The position numbers were made by a program, and so were the translations under genes. From contig OX597823.1 of the NCBI GenBank assembly GCA_951406725.2, forward strand, positions 53,940,001-54,004,000: DNA of 64,000 nucleotides, written 5' to 3'. Origin of the DNA: Octopus vulgaris. Its lineage: Eukaryota. Below, in pieces: positions 12,236 to 24,800 of this stretch; position 1 is the first letter of the stretch; each line of letters opens with the position of its first letter. Under the pieces are notes generated by a model. It made no database searches and had not been told where the DNA came from. It was given only the letters and a program-made list of their open reading frames with translations.

Positions 12236-15200
12236 CTGAAAGAATAAATTGAAAATAAGCAGTTTTGAAGAAAGCAATAATATTTGAGGGAAGGAAATAG
12301 GAGAAGGTTAATGGGTTTAGTGCATCAGTGTGTGTGTGTGCTTGTGTAATAGGTGTATACACATATTTCAAGAGTTATTGCTGTTTCATCAGCATTACAT
12401 CCAACCCATCCATGCCTTGTGAGTGTACTTGGTAGACAGAAACTTAAATCAAACCATCATACATGTGTGTGTGTTTAGGTGTGAGAGTATGTACATTTGT
12501 GTTTCCTTGTCTTTACATCACATGATAGTTGTAAAATGATTGTCACTGTCATATAAGCAGTGTCATTCATCTCCAATATTGAGCAACATCATGTTTGGAC
12601 ATAGAAACAGGTAAGGGTTAGCAACAGGAAGGGCATCTGGCTGTAGGAAATCTGCCTCAAAAAAATTCCAGGTGACCATGGAAAAGTGGATGTTAAAAAA
12701 TGGCATTAATAAGAGTTACATATATATTATAAAAAAAGTGTTGATTTAGCCCCATGCAGTTTAAAGTTTCGTAGGATACTCACAGGAACCTAGCTTGTTG
12801 GGCTAAGACGGCCGAATCTAGATTCCTCTGAAGACTGACCCTATGAAACAAGAGTTCAAATCAAGCTGTTTTAAATAATAATAATAATCAAGGATCAACT
12901 CCTGATAGACAAAACTGTACTTAGAGACTGCAAGAGGAGGAAAAGTAACTTAGCCATGTCATGGATCAACTATCGTAAGGCGTACAATATGATTCCACAT
13001 TCCTGGATTATGGAGTGTATGAACCTATATGGTATTGCATCGAATGTTGAGCAATTGCTTGAAAAAAGTATGGGGAATTGGAGGACGGACCTGACAGCAT
13101 ACGGAAGAAGTTTAGGGACAGTAGAAATTAGGACGGGCATCTTCTAAGGGGACTGCCTGTCCCCACTAATCTTTATACTGTGCTTGATACCACTAACACT
13201 GATTCTGAAGAAAGCAAAAGCTGACTATGTATTCAAAAGTCACCCATTTGTTATTCATGGACGACCTCAAACTTTATGGTAAAGATGAAGCCCAAGTCAG
13301 TTCCCTTGTTGATACGGTGTATACCTTCAGTGCTGATGAGGAGTTTGGACTGAGAAAGTGTGGTGTGTTAGTCTTGAAAAGAGGCAAAATCAAATGTATG
13401 GACGGGCTAATGATACCATCGGGGGAGGTAATGAAGCAGATAGAAGAGACAGGCTATAAGTACTTGGGGATTTTGGAAATGAATAAATTGATGATGGAGA
13501 AAGAAATGACAGAAAATTTAAGGTGGAGTACTTGTGCAGACTGAGACTGATCCTTAAGTCAAAATTAAATGGATGGAATAAGATCAAAGCTATCAACACC
13601 TGGGCGGTTTCGCTCTTTAGATATAGAGTAGCGGTAATCGCATGGACAGTAGACGAACAGCTTAGACAGAAAGACAAGGAAGTTACTAACTTGATGTGGG
13701 TCACTCCATCCAAAAAGTGACACAGACAGACTGTATGTACCAAGAAAAAGAGGGGTAAGAGGACTTATTGGATGTGAACACAGCATTAGAGCAAAAAGCA
13801 ACATAGCATGGTATGTAAAAAATTCTACAGAACCACTATTATTAGAAGAAGAGGCGTAGGAGTGGCTGTGTGGTAAGTAGCTTGCTTACCAACCACATGG
13901 TTCCAGGTTCAGTCCCACTGCGTGGCACCATGGGCAAGTGTCTTCTACTATAGTCTCGGGTCAACCAAAGCCTTGTGAGTGGATTTGGTAGACGGAAACT
14001 GAAAGAAGCCCATCATATATATGTATGTGTGTGTGTGTATATGTTTGTCCCCTCAACATCGCTTGACAACCGATGCTGGCATGTTTACGTCCCTGTAACT
14101 TAGCAGTTCAGCAAAAGAGACCGATAGAATAAGTACTAGGCTTACAAAGAATAAGTCCTGGAGTCGATTTGCTCGACTAAAGGTGGTGCTCCAGCATGGC
14201 CACAGTCAAATGACTGAAACAAGTAAAAAAGTGTCAGGCTTGTGTAGGATGAAAGATTGCAAAGATAAAGCACTATACAAGATATTGAAAATGAATGAAA
14301 CTGAAAACAGGTGGGTAAAGAAAAGAATACATGGTCAATTTCAGAGGGATGTTGAAGATAAGACAGAAAAAAGATGGCTGTGGATGACTAATAGTGATTT
14401 AAAACTGGAAACAGAGGCAATAATCTGTGCTGCCCAAAAGCAAGCACTAAGAACAAACTATGTAAAATGCAGAATAGTCAACACAGAAGAAAGTGATAAG
14501 TGCAGAATCTGTGGACAAAACGGTGAAATCGTATGGCATATTACCAGCCAATGTACGCCCCTAGCCATGAAGGAATATAAGAGACACCACAACAATATAG
14601 CCAGGCTTGACCATGGGTCACTTTGCAACAAGTATGGACTTGACAGAGCAAAAAATTGGTATGACCACAAACCTGAAGGCATCGTTGAAAATAGTAATAT
14701 GAAGATCCTATGGGTTTTATGATTCAGTGTGACCATGAGATAGAGAATAAGAAGCCGGACATAGTCTTAATTGAGAAAGAAAACAAACTATGCTGGATCA
14801 TAGACATAGCATACCCAGCTGACAACAAGGTATGCGATAAGGAAGAAAGAAAAGTTGAGAGATATGACAGGTTAGCTTGGGAAGTTAATCAGTTGTGGTT
14901 GATGAAAAAGGTAGCAGTTATAAATAAGAGCAGTTATCTTAGTTCACTGGGAGTGAACAGCTAACACTGTAGTACATCTCCTGCGTTAGAGGCTGTGCAA
15001 AGGTAATAATAATAACAATAATAATAATAAATGCCCTAATGCAGTACCAGGCACTGGCTCTCCTGACTTCTGATCTTAATTGATTGGAAGTGTTACCAAA
15101 CATATTTTGTCTTGATATAAAAGATGGACTACTGCAAATATTCTACTCAATACCACAGATTTGCTTGTCAGATATTTGAGCGTAACCAGTTGGGGATGTC

Positions 15201-18200
15201 CCTTATGGTTGACAATATGTGCATCTCTGATCACCAGCAGTAGTGGGGGAGTATCACAGCCATGTTTTGAAAGGAATTCTTTGGGGTTTGAATAAATTCA
15301 CCTCTGGAAGCATGGGGATTTGTTCATCATTCTTAACCCTTATTCAGAGACCTTTTGAGTGGGATGGGGCTACTTGACCTGAAGAAAATTCTAAGTGGGC
15401 CCTACCTGCAAGGCTATGTGCTGTTTATTTTGATATGAGATCACCATGTCGTGAACATATGGTTGTGATGCATGTGCCTGGTGTACCCTTATCAGATGAG
15501 TAGTTATAATGGGTATACTGGGTTTCGTATATTTTACTCGTGTCATTTTGATTGCATGCAGTGTTCTCTCACTCAATAATAATAATTATTATAGTAATAA
15601 TAATAATATATATTACTTACTTTGTTTAATGATCAAGGAGATTATTTTGTAGAATAGCTTCGATGTGCAATCTTCTAGAGGATCATCAGATCGTCTTGCC
15701 CAACTGTAAAAATACACAGGAAAAGGTCTTTGAATGCATGTAAATGTGAAAAGGAGATATACAAATAGTTATACAAGATAGACTGATAAAAGGCTGAGCT
15801 GAGAAGACAAAAACTATGACATGATGGAGGGAATGGATGGGTGGGTCCAGAAGTAATACATAATATATATATATATAATAATAATAAGATTAGGGAGTAT
15901 AACTCCAAACTTACAGGAAAAAATTCAATTTAGTATTTAATCAAATTTCACAATATAAATAAATAATATATATAAATTGGAGAAAAACCACTATTATGCA
16001 ATTCAAACAATGATAGACATAAACCAAATCATATATAAAAAATAAAATATATTTTAAAACATATAACTAGATCACAAAAAGTACAAAAATGAATAAACAA
16101 TATATAAGTAAAAAGACTACGTACGTTTCATGGCTATAATTTAAATTCGAATTACAATTAAATTTAAAATTATAGTCACTCCTCAGGTCAACAATAACAA
16201 ATTGTTATTGAATTGTTTTTCGATTAAATTTAAATTTAAATATAATTCGTTGACTAGGGCATTAAGTCTCACTTAGTAGCAGCATCTGACAGCACTGCCC
16301 TACTCGATAATAAAGGTGGCTAGCAGTGAAAAGGAGACAAAACAACAGACATAACTTGATAAAAAATTATATATATATATATATATATTCAACTCACTTG
16401 TTTCTCAAAATTGATTGAGCCCATATATGGTAAAAGAGTGCTTGGCAGTCGATATCAGCTTCTTTCTAGATTTGATGAAATAAAAAAAATAAAGTTATTG
16501 GAGAGTCGGTTTTGATTCAATTTATTTGTAAAGAAAAAACTATAAACAACATATTAAGAAATGAAGTAGCTGAGAACAATCTGAATGTATAATATGAATG
16601 CAAGAAAAAAAAAGACTGAATGCAGATGTATTCAGAAAACTATTGGATATATTAGCTGCATTAGTAGGTGAAAACAATCAGAGAAGTGACTAGAATTTTG
16701 GACATTTGGTAGGTGTAGGCATGTCTGTGTGGCAAGAAGTTTGCTTTCCAACTACATGGTATCAGGTTCAGTTCCACAACAAGGCTCCTTAGGCAAGTGT
16801 CTTCTACTAGTCTCCGGCTGACCAAAGCCTTGTGAGTGGATCTGGTACATAGAAACTGAAAGAAGCTCATTGTACATGTATAATTGTGCATGTGTCAGGG
16901 AACATATGTTTGCCTCTCCTTGTCTTGACATTGCCTGATAGTTGTAAAATGACTGTCACTGTCATACAAGCAGTGCCATTCACATTCTGCAAGAATATGT
17001 CTGGCCTTTGGAAAATATTACCTTGCTTGGAAACAGGTGGAGTTAGCAACAGGAAGAGCATCTGTCTGCAGAAAACCTGCCTCAATAAACACTGCCCAAT
17101 CTTTGCATGCATCGAAGAGTTAGCATTAAAATGAAATGATGACTATGATGATGATGATGATGATAATGATCTATGGTGTGTATACAGAGTAAAAAGTTTT
17201 ATAAACTGGTATCTGATAGTCACTAAGTCATATTACACTCACCCCAAGTCAGCATTGATTGAGCAAATCTATGACCCAAGCAATTCCAGTCATGACCAAA
17301 ACAATGGTGTTGGTACCATGTAAAAAGCACCCAGAACACCCCGTAAAGTGGTTGATATTAGGAAGGGCATCCAACTGTAGAAACCATGCCAAAACAGATA
17401 ACAATGGAGCCTGGTGCAGCCCCCATCCTTACCAGCCCCTATCAAACTGTTAAACCCATGCCAGCATGGAAAAAGACAGATGATAATGATGTATATCAGG
17501 GAGTACATTTGTTCAAGGGAGTCCTTTACATTTAGATGGTAATGAGTATTGTCTGATATTTCTAACAGCTCACATAACAACAGAGCAGGCATGAGCAACA
17601 TTTCTCAACTTGGTTCATCGTCAGGTGAGCTGCACTTCTAAAGATAAGTTAAGGTAATTTTTTTCATTAGGCATGCCATTCAGAAAGTCCCATGGGCCGT
17701 AGGTTGCCCATGACTGACAGAGAGTTTCCTTCGCTGACTTATCAAGATGATGTAGAATGATGTGGTTTTAACAAAACCCATGTGTTAACACTACATGAAA
17801 CTAACAAATGAAAGAGAGTGAGGGACATCTGGTGAGGTGTAATATTATAGTCTTAGTCATACATACATGGTAAAATAGAAGGAAAAACAGAAAAATCAAA
17901 ATCAAAATACAATTTCAAAACAGTTGTAATGATGATGGCAGAAATAACATTTTCCACCCAATGTCAAACATAATGCTCCTGATGTGTTCTTTCAAATAAA
18001 TCCTCGAAGATTTTAAACCCATAGTTCTCAACCACAGCTTCCCAGTGGTCTTCTCTCGAATATTATACATTTTATATTTAACTCACTTGTGTTTTACATT
18101 TTTTTGTGCAGCCTGCTAAAAAAATCCAGGTTTAGGATCTGGCCCAGATATTAACCCTTTAGCATTCAAGCATTTGGGCCATATCCAGCCCAAATATTAC

Positions 18201-18803
18201 TATACTACTTGTTTTGTTTTTTTTTTATCTCAAACTAGCTAGATTCAGCTTCTCAGAGCAGACCATGTCATTCTAAAAATTAACAATCCCTTCATTGAAA
18301 TCTCAAAGCTGTGGGATAATGTAGGATTAATTCAAAACAATGTGAATAAATAAGCAATACACATGATGAAAAAAATCTGAATGCTAAAAGGTTAAAAAGG
18401 TTGATAACCCCTGCTTTAGACTGTGACAACTAGGTACACATTCTCTTTTAGAAATATTATTTTCATAATAATTGTGCACCTTGCCATCTTCTCCTGCCAT
18501 CCAACACATGCAACTATCACAAAATTAGGTGCTAGTAGGTCTCCTTTTTTTAGAGAAATTGGGAGCAGGCTGAATATTTGGGCCAAGCACGACCAGTTTA
18601 AATGTTAAACAGCATTTTATGAAGAAAACTAAACGATATAGGCGCAGGAGTGGCTGTGTGGTAAGTAGTTTGCTTACCAACCACATGGTTCCGGGTTCAG
18701 TCCCACTGCGTGGCATCTTGGGCAAGTGTCTTCTGCTATAGCCTTGGGCCGACCAAACCCTTGAGTGGATTTGGTAGACGGAAACTGAAAGAAGCCCGTT
18801 ATA

Positions 18804-18842
<39 letters not shown>

Positions 18843-20386
18843 TCATCATCATCATCATCATCATCATCGTTTAACGTCCGTTTTCCGCGCTAGCACGGGT
18901 TGGACGGTTCGACCGGGGTCTGGGAAGCCAGGGGCCGCTCCAGGCTCCAGTCTGATTCTGGCAGAGTTTCTACGGCTGGATGCCCTTCCTAACGCCAACC
19001 ACTCCGTGAGTGGATTGGGTGCTTTTTACGTGCCACCTGCACAGGGGCCGGGGGTCCGGCATCGGTCACGATCGGTTCGAGCTTTTAACGTGCCAGGGAC
19101 ACGGGGGCAACGGGATGCGGGGTAGAGTTGAGTTGGGGGGGGTCCAGCTGAGAAAGGTTTCACCAGTGAAAAGAGAGGGAGAGATAGTAAAGGGGTGCAG
19201 GTAATATAGGGGAGCACCAGTGGGGAAGGTTGGGGGAGGAGGAACGATGGCAGGAAGGGTTGGTGAAGGTTCGTAAGAAATATAAACGTAGGATGTGTAT
19301 ATATATATATGGGTAGGTGTGGGGAAGGTTGGGTGGGTAAGGAGGAACGATGGCAGGAAGGGTTGGTGCAGGTTCGTAAGAAATAAAAACGTAGGATATT
19401 ACGAGGCATGGAGGGGACTGGAAGGAGATAGTAGGATTGAGGCAGTGTCAGATTCAAAACAGGAGGAAGCGTAAGATCAGAGGGCGGTTGATGAGCTGAG
19501 ACGCTAGCAGCTTGTCTTTTCTCAGTGAAAGCATATGAGGAGAAGGGGTAGGAAGGGGTGGTGGGGGAGGAGGAGGGAGTATCCGGTGTAGATGGTGAGA
19601 ACAGTGTTCACCGGTATTGGTGGTATTGGTGGTGGGGGGTGGTATTGGTGGTGGGGGTGGTATTGGTGGTGGGGGTGGTATTGGTGGTGGGGGTGGTATT
19701 GGTGGTGGGGTGGTGGTATTGGTGGTGGGGGTGGTATTGGTGGTGGGGGTGGTATTGGTGGTGGGGGTGGTATTGGTGGTGGGGGTGGTATTGGTGGTGG
19801 GGGTGGTGGTGGTGGTGGGGGTGGTGGTGGTGGTGGGGGTGGTGTTGGTGGTGGGGGTGGTGGTGGTGGTGGGGGTGGTGGTGGTGGTGGGGGTGGTATT
19901 GGTGGTGGGGGTGGTATTGGTGGTGGGGGTGGGCGCACCGCGCAATGGGAGAAGATGAGATTTTTAGGCGGCAGAAAGAAAGACAGGATTTGAGATGGAA
20001 TGCTTTGCGATCGTGTGCATAAGTTTCTATGAGTGGAAGTTGGGAAAAGATGGGTTAGAGAATTTAGCGACAGAAAGAAAGACCAAATTTGAGACGAGAT
20101 GTTTTTGCGAAGTTTTTGTGAATGAAAGTTTATATGCTTCAGCTAGCATTTGAGACGAAAGACAACGATAACGCCAATATATGGGGAAACAATAATAATA
20201 AGAAGGCTTGATGGTGATGATGATACTTGCAAAAACAATGAAAAGAAGGAACAGGACTTAGCTGATATTTTTCATCCTGCGTATTGGCTAAGCCTGTGGA
20301 AGCGAGTGAAGGCGAGATATATATACAGAGAGAGAGAGAGACAGTGATAACAGAGGGAGAAACCGACACCACATAGCGAGAGAGAG

Positions 20387-20429
<43 letters not shown>

Positions 20430-20891
20430 GTGATAACAGAGGGACAAAACGACACTGCGCAATGGGAGAAGATGAGATTTTTAGGCGGCAGAAAGAAAGA
20501 CAGGATTTGAGATGGAATGCTTTGCGATCGTGTGCATAAGTTTCTATGAGTGGAAGTTGGGAAAAGATGGGTTAGAGAATTTAGCGACAGAAAGAAAGAC
20601 CAAATTTGAGACGAGATGTTTTTGCGAAGTTTTTGTGAATGAAAGTTTATATGCTTCAGCTAGCATTTGAGACGAAAGACAACGATAACGCCAATATATG
20701 GGGAAACAATAATAATAAGAAGGCTTGATGGTGATGATGATACTTGCAAAAACAATGAAAAGAAGGAACAGGACTTAGCTGATATTTTTCATCCTGCGTA
20801 TTGGCTAAGCCTGTGGAAGCGAGTGAAGGCGAGATATATATACAGAGAGAGAGAGAGACAGTGATAACAGAGGGAGAAACCGACACCACAT

Positions 20892-20940
<49 letters not shown>

Positions 20941-21775
20941 GTGATAACAGAGGGACAAAACGACACCGCGCAAGATTTATGGGGAATGTATGAAGACTGT
21001 CTGATGACAGTAAATCTGAAACAGACTGTTGGAATTGAAAACTATTGTTGAGTAGTGTGAAATGAGATTCTCTGAAAGCCTGATATATATATATATGTGT
21101 GTGTGTGTTTGTGTGTCTGTGTTTGTCCCCCTAGCATTGCTTGACAACTGATGCTGGTGTGTTTATGTCCCCGTTACTTAGCGGTTCGGCAAAAGAGACC
21201 GATAAAATAAGTACTGGGCTTACAAAGAATAAGTCCTGGGGTCGATTTGCTCGACTAAAGGCGGTGCTCCAGCATGGCCGCAGTCAAAATGACTGAACCA
21301 AATAAAAGAGTAAAGAGATATAAAAAAAACGATACCAAATAGAATACATACTTGTTTTACAAATGAAATGAGATCCAGAGCCATTTTGAAGTGGTACTCA
21401 GTAGCTTGTAGATTATCTTCGTGAATATAGAGCTGTCAAAATAAAGAGAGACTGATTTCACTACATTTGTTTAAATATTTCAATGTGGAAATGCTATAAG
21501 TGAAAAGCTTCAGGCTTTCAGAGAATCTCATTTCACACTACTCAACAATAGTTTTCAATTCCAACAGTCTGTTTCAGATTTACTGTCATCAGACAGTCTT
21601 CATACATTCCCCATAAATCTAGAACAAATTTCAGGACAAGATTTTGACTATTTCAATACCTTTTATAATCTTAGGTGGCTGTGTGGTACCTTGGGTAAGT
21701 ATTTTCTGCTATAGTCCTGGGCCGACCAAAGCCTTGTGATTGGATTTGCTAGATAGAAACTGAAGGAAGACAACC

Positions 21776-21841
<66 letters not shown>

Positions 21842-24800
21842 GGACTTTCTCACTTCCCGAGCATTAAACTAATACATCTGTTTGTTGTTTACACACCCTT
21901 CTTCGCCTTTGGGGGGGGGGGGGTTGTAAATTCTCACTATATATATATATATATAATATATATAAATTTAAATAATGAGGGAGATAAATTGAATATTAAT
22001 TTAATTAATATCAATTTAAAACCAGTAGCCTAGTATATAAAAAAATCTGAAAAATCAGAAAAAATTTCTAGCATCCATGTCGGTGAAACGTAAAAGCACC
22101 AACCGATTGTGGCCATTTACCAGCCTGCTCTGGCTCCTGTGCCGATGGCACATAAAAAACACCCACTACACTCACGGAGTGTTTGCCATTAGAAAGGGCA
22201 TCCAGCTGTAGAAACACTGCCAAATCAGACTAGAGCCTGGTACAGCCTCCATGGCTTACCAGACCCTGGTCAAACCGTCCAACCCATGCTAGCATGGAAA
22301 ACGGACATTAAATGATGATGATGATGTGTGTGTATATATATATATAATTTGAAGGAAAATAGGAGGTGTGAGATGAATATATTTATTTCACTAGTTGATA
22401 TCCACAGGATGACAGCTGTTTCATTGATGTAACCATCATATTCTGTTGATCTGAAGAGCTAACCTTCTATATCTGCAATTGTTTGTAAAATATATGATAG
22501 TACTATGTAATTTATAGCATACACATGAGTGCAGACATGTAAAATAATTTATTAGACACTAAAATATATCATTTTTGCATGATGTTGGTTGCAATATGCC
22601 CATCATTCTATGAATACCAATTGGTGAAATAAACATATTCATCTCATACCTCCTGAAATAATCTTCACAGATTGGATTTAGTGGATTTCAACTGCATAGG
22701 ACTCTACATTACATTCCTACATATTGGTTTATTATGTAGTTTATAGCCTGGTCCACTAAAAAAGCTTTTTTATAATTACCACCGGATTATATAAATCCAT
22801 GTATTGTGCATTAGATTTATAAATATATTTATATCTAAGAGATCAGGATTCAAGAGAATCGGGCACTTAAATGGTAAGACACATGGTTGGGCCATAAAAA
22901 TGCGTACACAACAAAAATTGAGGAATACATATGTGGGTACCAAGATACAGGCAGAAAGATATTCAGGTTATGCATACAAATAACTGTACCCAACTTAGTA
23001 TATCATGCACTTTGAGGCTAAGCAGGAAACGCACATTGCACTAAATATATAATCCATAATATATTTCGGATCTATGCAAGGAGCAGGTTCTGAGAGAGGT
23101 GAATAATAAATAATGGATTGATATATTATCCATCTGTTGTTAAATGTGTGTGTGTGTTACTATCTCCTTGTCTTGTCTTGAAATCTTGTGGTAGTTGTAA
23201 ACGAGGTGCTACTGTAAAGCACAGTGTGGTTTATCTCCAATATTCAGTGGAAATATATCTGGTTATGGGGAAATATTTCCTTCCTTGAAAACAAATGAGA
23301 GTTGGGGACAGGAAGAGCATCCAAGCATAAAAAAATCTACCCCAATAAATTCTGTCCAACCATGCATGTATGGAAAACTGGATGCTCTATGGCATGAGAA
23401 CCAGAAACATGAGATGTTCTAGATTACAGGACGGTGCATCAGAGAAGATTGAGATGCTGTGAGAGAGAGAAGTGTGTACAATATATTTGCACTTAGTTAT
23501 TCTGAAAAAGGTGCTACTATGAAAGGCAACAAAATGTGGAAAATGCATGGGAGAGTCTTCCTAGAGTAAACCTATCTGAGGGGCCAATATTCTAGTTGAC
23601 AGTGGTATGATATATAAAGCTATTAAGAACATAAAGACAGAGAAAGCCCCTAGTCTTCCAGGAACTACTGCTGAAATACTTGAAATGTCTAGTGGAGTGG
23701 AATACAGCCTAGTCATCTGTATAGTTAATTATAGAATCATCAAATTGCTGGACCAGGTTGTGAAATTTATAGAAAGAGTTTATAGCTCAACTAATTGTAG
23801 TGAAAGTAAAACTAGATGAGATGTAATTAGATTTTGTACCAGGGAGAAGTACTTCTGATGTTTTCTTTCTTGTGAGGCAAATGCAGAAAAAGTATTTTGT
23901 CAAAAGTAAGCTGCTGTCAACCTGGAGAAAGTTTTCGACAGGGTCCCCTGCTCCCTGATTTGGTGGTCACTGCAAGAATTACCATGACAGACAACCTCCC
24001 AATAAACCAATACAAGGGGAGATTACTAAGATGTTCAAACAGTCACAATTTTAAAACGACTTTATTGGTAATAAAGAATACAGAATAGTTTTTCAAAAGG
24101 CGTTCTTGTGAGAGAAGAAAACTATTTTACTATGCATTTTGCTCTAAAATACAGGTGTCAACTATAGGCTTTAAAATATAACGCAATGAATTACTGTTGC
24201 TCTATAGAAAACACGATTTTGTAAAGATTTTCTCTAAGCCTTCTAGTTATAGTGTGTGTTTATTTTGTGGCATAAAAGCATATGTGTTCAACACCCCACT
24301 TGTGTTAGAAATGTGTAGAGTATGATACGTGTTTGTCATATGCAAGGTAAATAGGATTACATATCAAGACCTAATGACCTTATAGTTGACTGTACTCATT
24401 TTGATTAGTGAATTGAGTGCAAAAGCTTTAGTCCAAATGTGTAACTCTGCTTATCTTACATAACACACACACACATGCAGAGGTAGTTTAAGTATGTAAG
24501 AATAATGGAGTAGCACCAGATTTAAAATCAGTGTGCCCATATCTGATTTAATAAATCCTTTCTACTGGAAGCATAAGGCCTTAAATTTGGGGGGAAGGAT
24601 ACTAAGTTTATCAACCCTGAAAGGATGAAAAGCAATGTCGACTTAGCAGAATTGGAACTCAAAACCTAATGGCAGATGAAATACCACTAAGCATTTCGCC
24701 TGGCATGCCAATGATTTTGCCAGCTTGCCGCCTTAATATAATATAATATAATGTCTAATATAATAAATGCGAAAACTAATTTCTGTGTGTCAGTATGTCA

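Larger units (their letters stand above)
18641..21318 (+). mobile_element. tRNA-derived SINE split at its internal microsatellite by a 2.2-kb composite insertion
   Basis: SINE head at 18641-18800; the body resumes at 21084-21318. Confidence 0.88.

Noticed and set aside
12828-12858. CTGAAGA...GAAAC motif
   Set aside because: No convincing stem I or stem II pairing.
19454-20022. Pro-rich, Thr-rich, Gly-rich and Trp-rich ORFs of 113-163 aa
   Set aside because: They are artefacts of a stop-free 18-bp repeat open in multiple frames on both strands, inside an intronic TE.
21001-21030. CTGATGA...GAAAC hammerhead-like string inside the 111-bp inverted repeat
   Set aside because: Stem I does not pair and stem II overlaps the GAAA; probably chance.
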